Part shown: positions 40,164 to 51,055 of the stretch, piece after piece
How the letters are laid out: each line of letters begins with the position of its first letter
Numbering within the stretch: position 1 is the stretch's first letter
The notes under the pieces: generated by a model
Told to the model about the DNA's origin: nothing
What the model saw: only the letters and a program-made list of their open reading frames with translations
Database searches by the model: none
Made by a program: the position numbers and the translations under genes
DNA from: an uncultured Candidatus Rokubacteria bacterium
GTDB taxonomy: Bacteria; Methylomirabilota; Methylomirabilia; Rokubacteriales; CSP1-6
Assembly: GCA_963789955.1 (NCBI GenBank)
Contig: CAWBMV010000001.1
Location: 224,001-288,000 of the forward strand
Length of the DNA: 64,000 nt
Direction: 5' to 3'

Positions 40164-42703
40164 AGCTCGGGTTTGCCGTCCGCATGGCCTGGCGCGAGAC
40201 CCGCGGCGCCGGGCGCCACTTCGCGGTGCTCTTCGGCTGCGTCGCCCTCGGCGTCGCCGCGCTGGTCTCGGTCGGCACCTTCGCGGCCAACCTCGATCGA
40301 ACCTTGACCCGCGAGGCGCGCGCGCTGACCGGGGGCGACGTCGAGCTGCGTTCGGCGCAGCCGCTCGATCCGACGGCGCGCGGGGCGCTCGATGCGCTCG
40401 CGCGCCGCGGTGCCGTCACGACCACCGTTCGCGAGATGGTGGCGATGGCGCGCACGCCGGGTCGCGGGGCCACGCTTCTGGTGGAGCTGAAAGCGGTCGA
40501 GAGCGCGTATCCGCTGTACGGTCGTGTCGAGACGACGCCGCCGGCGCCACTCGACACCTTGCTCGCCGACCGAGGCGATGCCGGGGGCGCCGTGGTCGAG
40601 TCGTCGCTTCTTCAACGGCTGGGCCTGGCGCTCGGCGATTCGCTGGAGATCGGCTCAGCGCGCTTCACCGTCACCGGAGTGCTCGTGCGCGAGCCGGATC
40701 GCGCCGGCGGTCTGGTGACGCTCGGGCCGCACGTGCTCGTGGGCGATCGCGCGCTCGAGCGGACGGGTCTCCTGCAGATCGGAAGTCGCGTGCGCTACCG
40801 GACGCTCATGCGCCTGCCGGCCGCCGTGACCGCTCGCGCCGCCGCGGATGACCTCGCCCGGACGATCGGCGATCCGGCCGTGCGCATCGCGGCGTTCGAC
40901 GAATCGCAGCCGGGGCTGCGCAAGTTCTTCTCGCAGCTGGCGACCTATCTCGGCCTGGTCGGGCTCGCGAGCCTGCTGGTCGGTGGAGTCGGGATCGCGT
41001 CGACGGTGACCACGTTCCTCCGGCGCCAGCTGGCGACCATCGCGATCCTCAAGTGCCTCGGGGCCAGCTCGCGCGTGCTCCTCGCGACGTACCTGATCCA
41101 GACGCTCGCGCTGGCCCTGGCCGGGAGCCTGGTCGGCGCCGCCTTCGGCGTCGCGGCGCAGCCGCTCCTCGTGCGGGCGCTCGCCCCGTTCGCGCCGTTC
41201 GTGCTCGAGGTGCGATGGGACGTCGCGACCTTGGCGCGCGGGCTCGCGCTCGGCCTGCTCGCCGCGCTGCTCTGCGCGCTCTGGCCGCTCCTGGGGGTCC
41301 GCGGCGTGCCCCCGTCGCTGATTCTCCGGCGCGACGTCGACGAGCGCGGCTGGCGCGCGCGCCGCCCGTGGGCCGCGGCGCTCCCGATCGTCGCGGGCCT
41401 CGCCGCGCTGGCCGTCTGGCAGGCCGGATCGCTCCGGCTCGGCGGTATCTTCGCCGGCGCTGCGCTGGCCGCGCTCGCCGTGTTGCTCGGGCTCTCGCGG
41501 GCGCTGGTGAGGCTGGCCCGGCGGCTTCCGCGTGCGCGCGGGCTCGCGTGGCGTCAAGGGCTCGCCGGGCTCGATCGCCCCGGCGGGCATACCGTGAGGG
41601 TCGTGGTGGCCGTCGGGCTGGGCGTGATGCTCCTGGTCGCGATCGCGCTGCTCGAAGCGAATCTGGGCCGGCAGCTGGCGTACGAGCAGAAGCGTGAGGC
41701 GCCGTCGTTCTTCTTCATCGACGTGCAGCCGGACCAGCGCGAGCCGTTCAGCCGGCTGGTCGGCGACGTGAGCGGCGTCGCGCCCACGGTGACTCCGGTC
41801 GTTCGGGCGCGACTGGCGGCGATCGACGGCAAGCCGGTGACCCGCGAGCTCATCGATCGGCGCAAGCGCGAGTCGCCGGAGAAGAACTGGTACCTGACAC
41901 GCGAGTACATGCTGACGTGGGCGTCGGCGCCGCCGCCGGCGAACGCGATCACCCGCGGGCGCTGGTGGACGGCCGAGGAAGCATCGGCGCGCCCCCGCGT
42001 GTCGGTGGAGGACGAAGCCGCGAAGTACTTCGGGGTCGGCGTCGGCGGGACGCTCACGTTCGACGTGCAGGGCGTGCCGATCGAGGCCGAGGTGGCGAAT
42101 CTTCGCAAGATCGACTGGCAGAGCTTGAGCGCCAACTTCTTCATGGTGCTCTCGCCGGGCGCACTCGACGGCGCGCCGACCGTCTACCTGGCCACCGCGC
42201 GCGTGCCGGCCGACGTCGAGACGCGACTTCAAGACAGCGTGGTCGCGGCGTTTCCCAACGTCACCGCGATCCCGCTGCGAAGCGTCCTCGAGCGCGTCTC
42301 AGAGGTGCTCGCCCAGATCTCCTTCGCCGTGCGGTTCATGGCGCTCTTCAGCATCGCGGCGGGTCTGGTGGTCATGGCGGGGGCCCTCGCGGCGACGCGC
42401 TACCAGCGGCTCTACGAGTCGGTGATCTTGAAGACGCTCGGAGCGACGCGCTGGGCCATCGCGCGCGCGTTCGCGGTCGAATACGCATGTCTCGGCGCGG
42501 TCGCGGGTGTCGGCGGAACGGCGCTGGCCGCGGTGCTCGCCTGGATCGTCCTTCGATTCGTGCTCGACACGCCGTGGACGCTCGAGCCCGAGGCGTTGAT
42601 CCTCGGGGTGGCGTTGACGACCTTCGTCTCGCTGGCGATCGGGCTCCTCGCGACCGTCCGGCTGCTCGGACGCAAGCCGCTCTCGGTGCTCCGCCAGGAA
42701 TGA
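40160..42703 (+). CDS. ybbP: FtsX-like ABC permease (YbbP-like)
   Basis: AWRETR, two FtsX halves, PSFFFIDVQPDQ, LKTLGA. Confidence 0.9.
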
Positions 42704-42795
42704 GCGCCGCGTGCTAGTCTTCTTGCGATCGGGCGCGCCGCGGGCCGTCGCGGAACTGGGCTCCGGCCGGCCGGGTCGCGCCTAACAATCAGGAG

Positions 42796-43173
42796 GTGGC
42801 GATGTTCAAGCCGCTCGGCCTCGATCACGTCGTGTTGCGCGTTCGTGACCAGGAAAAGTCGCGGCGCTTCTACGAAGATGTGCTCGGCTGCACGCTGGCC
42901 AAGTTCAACGAGAGGATCTCGCTGATCCATCTGCGATTCGGCGAGGCGCTGATCGATCTGTTGCCCGCCACCGAGGCGGGACCGGTCGGACCCGACCACT
43001 TCTGTCTATCGATTCACTGCGACGACCTCAAGGCGGTCGCCGAGGAGCTGCGCCGGAAAGCCGTCTCGGTCGAGGGCGACGTGGTCCAGCGCTTCGGCGC
43101 GTGGGGCGACGGACCTTCCATCTATCTGCGCGACCCCGACGGCCACATGATCGAGCTCAAGCCGCGCCTCTGA
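42796..43173 (+). CDS. VOC/glyoxalase family protein
   Basis: LDHVVLRV, DHFCL, YLRDPDGH.IEL. Confidence 0.9.
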   Translation: MAMFKPLGLDHVVLRVRDQEKSRRFYEDVLGCTLAKFNERISLIHLRFGEALIDLLPATEAGPVGPDHFCLSIHCDDLKAVAEELRRKAVSVEGDVVQRFGAWGDGPSIYLRDPDGHMIELKPRL

Positions 43174-43253
43174 GCGCGCCGAGCGCCGTGTAAACGCCCC
43201 ACCCTCTCCCGGCGTCCCACCATCGGGAAACAGCCGGGGGGAGGGTGAGGGAC

Positions 43254-43403
43254 ATGTTGGCGACGGTGCAGCACGCAGTGAAATACCTCATCGTGCTCTA
43301 TCTCGTGACGCACGGCCTCCCGGCCGCCTCCGAAATCGAGCTCCGCGACCTCGCCACCGCAATCGGCTGGAGCCTCCTGGCCTACTTCCGCATTCCCACC
43401 TAA
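43254..43403 (+). CDS. Small hydrophobic protein, 49 aa (not in ORF track)
   Basis: MLATVQHAVKYLIVLYLVTHGLPAASEIELRDLATAIGWSLLAYFRIPT; G-rich RBS lies inside an upstream hairpin. Confidence 0.55.
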   Translation: MLATVQHAVKYLIVLYLVTHGLPAASEIELRDLATAIGWSLLAYFRIPT

Positions 43404-43523
43404 CCCGCCGCAGGCCCCGCCCTCGCAGACGGTCGATCGGGCGCCCGCGCACGCTACGGCATCGAGCTCTGAAGAAATTTTCCGGAAGCTCGCCTCGAAC
43501 GGGCGCTCTAGCGCGCGAAGGGC

Positions 43524-46500
43524 TCAACGGGAGGGCTGCTCAAATAGGCGACGCGCGCTTCGAAGCTGCTTCGCGCAGGCGAGCAGGTCCCCCACCATCC
43601 TCGTCAGTTTGTCCGGCGTGAACGGTTTCTGGAGCAGCACCGTGCCCGGATCCAGCACTCCGTGATGAACGATCGCGTCGTCGGTATAGCCCGACATGTA
43701 CAGGATCTTCATCGCCGGCCGGGCCCGGACGAGACGGTCTGCCAGATCGCGTCCACTCATTTCCGGCATGACCACATCGGTCAGGAGCAGGTGAATCGGA
43801 CCCGCGTGACGATGCGCGATGTCCAGCGCCGCGCTCGGGCTGCCGGCCGAGAGCACCGTATAGCCCGCGATCCCGAGTACCTCGGTGGCCAGGTCTCGGA
43901 GCTCGCCCTCGTCCTCGACTACGAGCACGGTGCCCGATCCGACGGCCGGCGGCGCGTCGGTCGCGGGTGCGGGCGCGGCGTCCGCCAGTGGCGCGACGCG
44001 AGCGAAATAGATCCTCACGGCCGTCCCGGCGCCCGGCGCGCTCTCGATTCGAATGTAGCCGCCGTGCTGCTTGACGATGCCGTACACCGTCGCCAGGCCG
44101 AGCCCGGTGCCCTTGCCGACGCCCTTGGTCGTGAAGAACGGCTCGAAGAGATGCGCCTGAACGTCGGGGCTCATGCCGGTTCCGGTGTCGCGCACGCTGA
44201 GCATGGTGTGTGGCCCGGCACTCGAGCCCGGGTGCGTCTCGACGAACGCCGGGTCGAGCTCGACGTTCCCGGTCTCGATCGTCAGTCGACCGCCCTGGGG
44301 CATCGCGTCCCGGGCATTCACGGCAAGGTTCAGGATGATCTGCTCGATCTGCGCCGGATCGGCCTTCACGCGACCGAGGACCGGGTCGAGCGACGTGTCG
44401 AGCTCGATCGTCTCGCCGATCAGCGGCTTGAGCATCTGGGCCATTCCCGCGACGACGCCGTTCAGGTCGAGCACGCGCGGCTGGAGCATCTGCTTGCGGC
44501 TGAACGCGAGAAGCTGCTGCGTGAGGGCCGCTGCGCGATCGGCGGTCTTCCTCACCAGCTCCACGTCGCGCCGGTGAGGATCGTCGGCCGCCAGGCGCAA
44601 TAGCAGGAGCTCCGTGCGTCCGGTGATGACGGTCAGGAGGTTGTTGAAGTCGTGCGCGACGCCGCCGGCGAGCTGACCCACCGCCTCCATCTTCTGAACC
44701 TGGCGCAGCTGCGCCTCGCTCTGCCGGAGCGCCTGCTCCGCGTGCTTGCGCTCGCTGATATCGAGCACGGTCGACTGGCTGGCCGGCTCACCCGCCCAGA
44801 CGATCTCGGTGACCTGGATCTCGACCCAGATCTGCGAGCCGTCGCGCCGGGTCGCCTGCAATTCGTACCGGGACGGCACCGCTTCGCCCCGAAGCCGCGC
44901 TGCGCGGTCGCTCTCGAGCCGCGCGAGCTCGTGCGGCTCGATCCAGCGGCGGGTGTCGAGGCCGACGAGCTCATCGGCGGTGTCGTAGCCGAGCATCCGC
45001 GCGAACGCCGGGTTGGCGAACAGGGTGACCCAGTCGCGCTGGATGTGCAGGCCCTGGATCGAGCTCTCGACCAGTGTGCGATAGCGGCGCTCACTCTCGC
45101 GCTCGCTCTCGAAGAGCTGGGCGTTTCGGATCGCGACGGCCGCCTCGTCGGCGAGTCGCAGCAAGATCGCCTCGTCGTGATCGCTGAACGGGCGCTTCGT
45201 GCGATTCGCCACATAGAGGAGCCCGACCACGTGATCCTCGCTCTTGATCGGCACGACCATCGCGCTGACACTGTCGTCCCTGACGACGGCGCCGAGGTAG
45301 TCCTTGCTGAAGGCCGGATCGTTCGTGTAGTCGTCGGTCCGTAGCGGGCGTCCGCTCAGCAGCGCCTGACCGCCGAATCCCTTGCCGGGCTCGATGCGGA
45401 ACGTACGGTCGGAGGTGTAGCGCGAACCGACGCGGTGGCGGACCGTCACGGCCTCTGTGTCGCCTTCGCGGAAGCCGATCATCGCCAGGTCGCTGCCGAC
45501 CAGCTCCTTGGCGCTGTCGGTGATCCGGCGCAGCACCGTATCGAGGTCGAGCGACGCGGTGATCGCCTGCGCGACGCCGGCGAACACCTCGGACTCCCGG
45601 CGCCGGCGCTCGCTCTCCTGGTACAGCCGCGAGTTCTCGAGCGCGAGCGCGGCCTGATGCGCGAACGCCTGCATGAGCTCGATCTGCCGAACCGAAAATG
45701 GCCCGACGTCGTCGCGGTAGGTGACGAGCGCGCCGAGCACCCTCTCGCCGACGAGGAGCGGGACGGACAGCACGGCCCGGTAGCCCTCGGCCTCGACGGC
45801 GGCGCGCGTCGACTCCGTGAGATCGAACGCCGGATCGTTCAACAGGTCGGCCGACCAGACCGGGCGGCGCTGGGCAATCGCGGCGGGTGTCGTGCCGTCG
45901 CGCGGATGCAGCGGACGCATGGCCGGGAACGCTCGGGTCATCCCGCGGCTCGCCGCGAAGAGCGTCGCGGTGTCGGGATGATCGGCGTGCACCAGCGCGA
46001 CCGCGGACCGCTGGGTGCCGAGCAGCGAGCAGGCGCGGTCGACGACCAGCGACAAGATCCGCTCGAGCTCCAGCGACGAGGCGATCGCGCCGCCGAGCTC
46101 GGCGAGCGCCTCGGCTTCCTGTCGGCGCGCGGCGTTGTCCGCAAAGAGCCGCGCATTGTGAATCGCGACCGCGGCATGGTCGGCGAGCCGGAGCAGGATC
46201 TGCTCGTCGCGGTCGGTCAGCACTCGGTCGTCACGGTTGGCAACCGAGAGAAATCCCTCGACGCGATCCTCGATCTTGATCGGCACGGCCATGTACGCAT
46301 GCAGGTCTTCCACGCGCGCGACCGCGAGGAACTCCGGCCCGAACCGGGTGTCCTCGAGATAATGGTCGGTGCGAAACGGCCGGCCGGTCGCGAGCACCAG
46401 ACCGCTCGCACCCTGGCCGGGCGCGATCAGGAACGACCGGTAGTCCGCGTAGCGCGCGCCCGGCCACTGACGAAAGGCGAAGATATCGGTGACGACATCG

Positions 46501-47241
46501 CGAAGGGCGATGAACGCCATGTCGGTCCGGCAGACCTCGCGCGCCCCCTCGGCGATCCGCTGCAGCACGGTCGCGAGCTCGAGCGACGTGTTGACCGTGC
46601 GGACGACGTCGGCCAGGAGCTCGGACTCGCGCTGACGCCGCCCGGCCTCCTCGTAGAGTTGCGCGTTCTCGATGGCGATCGCGGCCTGGTCGGCCAGGAG
46701 TCCGGCGAGATTCTTTTCCTCGGCGGTGAAGTCGCCGCGGGAGCCGAACGCGACGATCAACGCGCCGACCGCGCGTTCGTGGTGGATCAACGGTAGCGCG
46801 ATGCAGGCGTGGAGCTCGCTCGTCTCGGCGAGCGCGCGGTGCCGCCAGCGCGGATCTTGCTGCACGTCGGCGAGGTACTCGGGCCGGCGCGAGAGCAGGA
46901 CGGCGCCGGCGATGCTGTTGTTGTCGCGGGGCACGGCTGTGGTGCGCACGATCCGGCCCGCGCGCTCGGGTCCGGCCCAGTAGCTGCCGCCTTCGCGCAG
47001 GGTCTCGGCGCCCTGATCGACCCAGACGTAGGCCATCTTCGCCTTCAAGAGCAGGGTGGCCGCCTCGGCGATGCCGCGGAACGCCGTGGCGCTGTCGGTC
47101 GCCGACGTCATGAGCCGCGTGAGGCGGCTGAGGGTGGTCAGGCGCTCGGCGCGCTCGTCCGCCTGACGCAAGCGTGCGGTGGTGGGGGTCGGGGGCCGTC
47201 CGCGCCCGCTTCGCGGGCTTGGGACGCTGCCGCTTATTCAA
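43524..47241 (-). CDS. Hybrid sensor histidine kinase: 4xGAF-PAS-HisKA-HATPase-REC (probable frameshift near the 5' end)
   Basis: Four GAF repeats ending LA.QAA.A..NA.L; AHDFNNLL, NARDAMP, FFTTK, GTGLGL; LTDVVMP, KPF. Confidence 0.9.
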
Positions 47242-48484
47242 TGGCGAAGTGCAATCGCGCGTGGGCCTTTCGGAGCGCTTGCTCGACCGTGTCCGGCATC
47301 TCGGCGCGGGCGAAGATGAACCCGAGATACTGCCAGCCCTCGGGCAGCGGCACCACGTCCTGTCCCGGGTGCATCGTGATGACGACTTCCTCGATCCCGT
47401 CGATCGCGGCGGCCTCGTCGGTGCCGTGGACCGCCGCGAGCCGGCCCGCGCGCGGGATCGGAATCATCATGACGCCGGCGGCACGTCGCTCGCGCTCGAG
47501 CGATGCGAGGGGACGTCCGAGCGCGTGGCAGAGGATGAGCTCCTCGAGACTCAGGCCCGTCCCGAAGGTCAGGGTGCGCGAGCACAGCCCACCGATCGAG
47601 CGCGCGGCGACCTCGAGCACGACGGGACCGCGCTCGTTCAGGCGGAGCTCGGCGTGGATCGGTCCCTCGGTGAGTCCGAGCGCGGAGCAGGCGTCGCGCG
47701 ATACCGCGGCGACGCGGGTCTGCATGGCCTCGGGGAGGCGCGACGGCGTCACGTAGATCGTCTCCTCGAAGAACGGGCCGTCGAGCGGATCGGGCTTGTC
47801 GAAGATCGCCAGCACGTGGAGCGTGCCGCCGACCAGCAACCCCTCGAGCGCGACCTCGACACCAGGGATGAACTCCTCGACGAGCAGCGCACGGCGCGCC
47901 TCGTCCGGCAAGGACACGTCGGTCATTTCGAGGATCGCCGAGATTCGACGGAAAGCCGCCACGAATTCTCGCGCGTCATTCGCGCGGATGACGCCGCGGC
48001 TGGCCGAGAGCGAGAGCGGCTTCAGGACGCAGGGGTACTCGATCTCGGCGGCGCGGGCGGCGGGGTCGTCCGCCAGGGTCACGAGGCGAAAGCGCGGGAC
48101 GGGCACGCCGGCCTCGGCGAGACAGCGGCGCATCGCGTGCTTGTCGCGCGCCGTGCTGACGGCCGGGAGCGAATTGGCCTTGAGACCAAGCCGTTGGCTG
48201 ATGGTGGCGGCGACGACCGTGGTGAGATCGTCCACCGGAACGACGGCATCGATCGGTCGTCGCTGCGCGAAGCGCGCGATCGTCTCGGCGCTCGCGCGAG
48301 GATCGGCGAAGTCGAGCGTGATGAGGGAGTCGGGGGCCAGGGGCTCGAAGGTGCTCGGCCGCTCGGAGGCACACACGAGCTCGACGCCCAGCCGGGTCGC
48401 GGCCTCGACGAAGGCCTCGGTGCGGTACGTCGTCGTCGGCAGGAGCAACAGTAAACGGCTTGCCGACGACGACACCGGCGTCAA
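47234..48484 (-). CDS. ATP-grasp domain protein (L-amino-acid-ligase-like)
   Basis: RDKHAMR, VLKPL...ASRGV, VEEFIPG.E, HAELR, EVAARSIGG, YLGFIFA. Confidence 0.88.
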   Translation of the reverse strand: MTPVSSSASRLLLLLPTTTYRTEAFVEAATRLGVELVCASERPSTFEPLAPDSLITLDFADPRASAETIARFAQRRPIDAVVPVDDLTTVVAATISQRLGLKANSLPAVSTARDKHAMRRCLAEAGVPVPRFRLVTLADDPAARAAEIEYPCVLKPLSLSASRGVIRANDAREFVAAFRRISAILEMTDVSLPDEARRALLVEEFIPGVEVALEGLLVGGTLHVLAIFDKPDPLDGPFFEETIYVTPSRLPEAMQTRVAAVSRDACSALGLTEGPIHAELRLNERGPVVLEVAARSIGGLCSRTLTFGTGLSLEELILCHALGRPLASLERERRAAGVMMIPIPRAGRLAAVHGTDEAAAIDGIEEVVITMHPGQDVVPLPEGWQYLGFIFARAEMPDTVEQALRKAHARLHFAIE

Positions 48485-48505
48485 CCCCTCACGCCGAGGC
48501 GTGGG

Positions 48506-48787
48506 CTAGGCTTTACCGGGCGTGTAGTAGGGGTTGCTCCCGGCGGAGTGGTCGGTCGCGTCGAGGACTTCGGCGATCTCGGGGATCTCTTCCTTGATCA
48601 GCCGCTCGATGCCCTGCTTGAGCGTGACATCCGCGGCGCCGCAGCCCTGACAGCCGCCACCCATCTGCAGGTACACGCGGTTGTCCTGCACGTCCACGAG
48701 CTCGACGAAACCGCCGTGGCCGGCCACCGCGGGGTTGATCATCGAATCGATCAACTCCTGAACCTTGGTCTTCAGATCATCGCTCAT
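48506..48787 (-). CDS. NifU/NfuA C-terminal Fe-S carrier
   Basis: INP.VA.HGG.V, GGCQGC, TLKQGIE, D.TDH..G.NPYY; RBS GAGGTG. Confidence 0.9.
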   Translation of the reverse strand: MSDDLKTKVQELIDSMINPAVAGHGGFVELVDVQDNRVYLQMGGGCQGCGAADVTLKQGIERLIKEEIPEIAEVLDATDHSAGSNPYYTPGKA

Positions 48788-48797
48788 GCAGCACCTC

Positions 48798-50225
48798 TCA
48801 AATCGATACTGTACCCGAGTTCGTGCTCAGGGCCAACTGGCCCTCCGTGGGCTCCGCTCAGCAAAACCACGGTTCGGTGAGGCGCGGCGGCCGCTTCCGC
48901 TTGGCGTCGGGCGCCGAAATCGGCCGCACGGGGAGGCCGGCGGTCCGGTCCGCCAGCTCCCGGACCCGCTGGAAGGTGACCGCGGCGTCCTCGCGGCGGT
49001 CGGCCGCGCCGGCCACGACGGCCGACACCTCCGCGTGTAGGGCCTCCATGCGTGGGTCGGGGTGGATCCAGCGGTGATAGAACTGTTCTTCGACGAGCTC
49101 GCCCAGGAACGGACGCATGGCGTCGCTCTCGAGCAGGAGCGATCCCGGCGGGATCAGAAGCCGAATCGAGAACTGGACGGGATCGACGGCGTCGACGAGC
49201 CCATGAGCTTCGACGAAGTCCAGTAGCTGTCGGTAGTCCTCGAGCGTCGTCCACGGTGTGAACGCGACCCACGTCGGGCGGAGCGCGATGCCGGCGTCGG
49301 CGGTGACCTGTACCGCCGCCTCGATGTCGGCGCGGGAATGACCCTTGTCGAGGTGCGCCAGGATCTCATCGTTCAGCGACTCGGCGGCCGACACGATGAA
49401 CGCGCATCCGAGCCGCGCGAGCTCCGGCAGCCGGTCGCGATGGCGCAGCAGGTGCTCGATTTTTGCCGTGAAGTCGAAGGTGAGCGTAGGAAACGCTTCG
49501 TGAAGCGCTCGCGCGACGGCCAGCGCGTGGCCGGGACCGTTCAGGAAGTCGGGATCCCCGAACGTGATGTGGGTCGCGCCGGCTTCGACCTGCTGACGGA
49601 TATCCGCGAGCAGCACCTCGACCGGCACCACGAAGAAACGACCGCCGTACACGGGCGGGATCGGACAGTGCCGGCACAGGTGCTTGCAACCTCGACTCGC
49701 TTCGACGTAGCCGACCAGCTCGAGCCCGCCGTCCCGCTCCAGATGCGCGTACTTCTTCAACGAGGGTAAGCTCGCGCGACTCGGCGCGGGAAAGTCGAGC
49801 TTCGCGAGGACGCGCAGAGGCTGGGGGGGCGCCGCCGGTGGGCTCGCGATCTCCAGCGTGCGGACCAGATCGATCAGCGCCCCTTCGGTCTCGCCGCTCA
49901 TGACCGAGTCGGCGATGCCGGCCAGCAGATGCTTCGCGTTGAGCGTCGCATAGAGCCCGCAGAACGCGATATGGCACGCAGGGTTCAAGGCTCGCACGCG
50001 GCGGGCGACGGTGACGCCGAGACGGAGGGCCGTGTGCATCGGCACCGAGATCGCGACGAGCTTCGCGCGCTTGACGCGCTCGGCATCGAAGGGCTCGACC
50101 GATACGTCCATCACCGCCGGCGCGTAGCCCGCGCGCTCGAGAAACGCCGCCGGCCACGCGACGGCCAGCGGCTGATGGCCGAGCTCGTAGCAGGCAACCA
50201 GCAAGATCGCGCCGCGCTCCTTCAT
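48798..50225 (-). CDS. CUAEP/CCAEP-tail radical SAM selenoprotein (Sec encoded by TGA 48858-48860)
   Basis: B12-binding-like N-terminus (CYELGHQP, SVPMHTA), CKHLCRHC, FGDPDFLNG. EPWFC-TGA-AEPTEGQL reads through to the TGA at 48798. Confidence 0.88.
48829..48844 (-). promoter_or_regulatory. Bacterial SECIS-like hairpin
   Basis: AGGGCC-AGUU-GGCCCU; the loop begins 19 nt after the UGA and has G as its second base. Confidence 0.65.
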
Positions 50226-50274
50226 GCTCAAGAGTGTACTCCGCGCAGTGTGCAGCCGCAGAGCCCCGGCGGTG

Positions 50275-50385
50275 CGCGCCGCAGGTCGTCGCGGGGCTGG
50301 GGTCCCCGCCGACCGAGGCGCGCCTATGAACGGACCGCGCCGCAGGTCGTCGGGGGGCTGGGGTCCCCGCCGACCGAGGCGCGCC
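50275..50385. repeat. Two 50-bp palindromic (REP-like) direct repeats, 61-bp period
   Basis: 50275-50324 versus 50336-50385, one mismatch; each unit folds GGTCG..G(C/G)GGGG/CCCCGCCGACC. Confidence 0.85.
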
Positions 50386-50448
50386 GCAGGCATGGTTTGT
50401 GGTGGTATCGTGGGTGGCGCTGCTCAATTCCCAAGGAGGACTCACGCA

Positions 50449-50655
50449 ATGGCCGTCAAGATCACGACCCGGCCGAACGGCCCGTACCTGATCGAGGGTG
50501 AGTGCGAGCTTTACGATCCGACCGGGGCGCCGATCAATACGGCGGGCCAGGCGAGGATTGCGCTGTGCCGGTGCGGGGCGTCGACCAACAAGCCGATGTG
50601 CGACGGCACGCACAACAAGGTCGGCTTCCAGGCTTCGGAGGCCGCGAAGAAGTAG
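50449..50655 (+). CDS. CDGSH iron-sulfur domain protein
   Basis: RBS AAGGAGG; NGPY, LCRCG.S.NKPMCDGTH. Confidence 0.92.
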   Translation: MAVKITTRPNGPYLIEGECELYDPTGAPINTAGQARIALCRCGASTNKPMCDGTHNKVGFQASEAAKK

Positions 50656-50661
50656 CCGAAC

Positions 50662-50949
50662 CTATTCGGGCTGGGTGTCGGGCTCGACGTCGGTCAGGAG
50701 CACCCAGTCGTCTGGCGGCTCGGGAGCAGGCCGCGTCTTCGGCGCCGAGGTGATGGTGCGGCCGCGGCTCGGCGAGAACCACTCCCACACGCCGCTCGGT
50801 GCGCCGGCGTCCTGGGCCTCGCCGACTTCGGGCCCGACAGCGCCGGACTCCGCGCGCTCGGTCTTACGCTGTCGCTTGGCTTCCTGCTTGGCCTTCTGGA
50901 TGTCGGCTCGACGTCGGCGCTCGAAGCCGTAGTGCCCCCCGCGACTCAC
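50662..50949 (-). CDS. Hypothetical protein
   Basis: Basic N-terminus (YGFERRRR), WEWFSPSR; plausible codon usage. Confidence 0.55.
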   Translation of the reverse strand: MSRGGHYGFERRRRADIQKAKQEAKRQRKTERAESGAVGPEVGEAQDAGAPSGVWEWFSPSRGRTITSAPKTRPAPEPPDDWVLLTDVEPDTQPE

Positions 50950-51055
50950 CGAACGCTCACATGTGGTTTCATCGCCGAAATTCTAGCACGTGCCGCTGGG
51001 CAGGCGCCGTCGCGCCCGTACCCCGACGTGAACCCTCGCGACGCCCCGGCGGTCG

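Noticed and set aside
50275..50385. CRISPR array
   Set aside because: Only two units, an 11-bp spacer and no cas genes.
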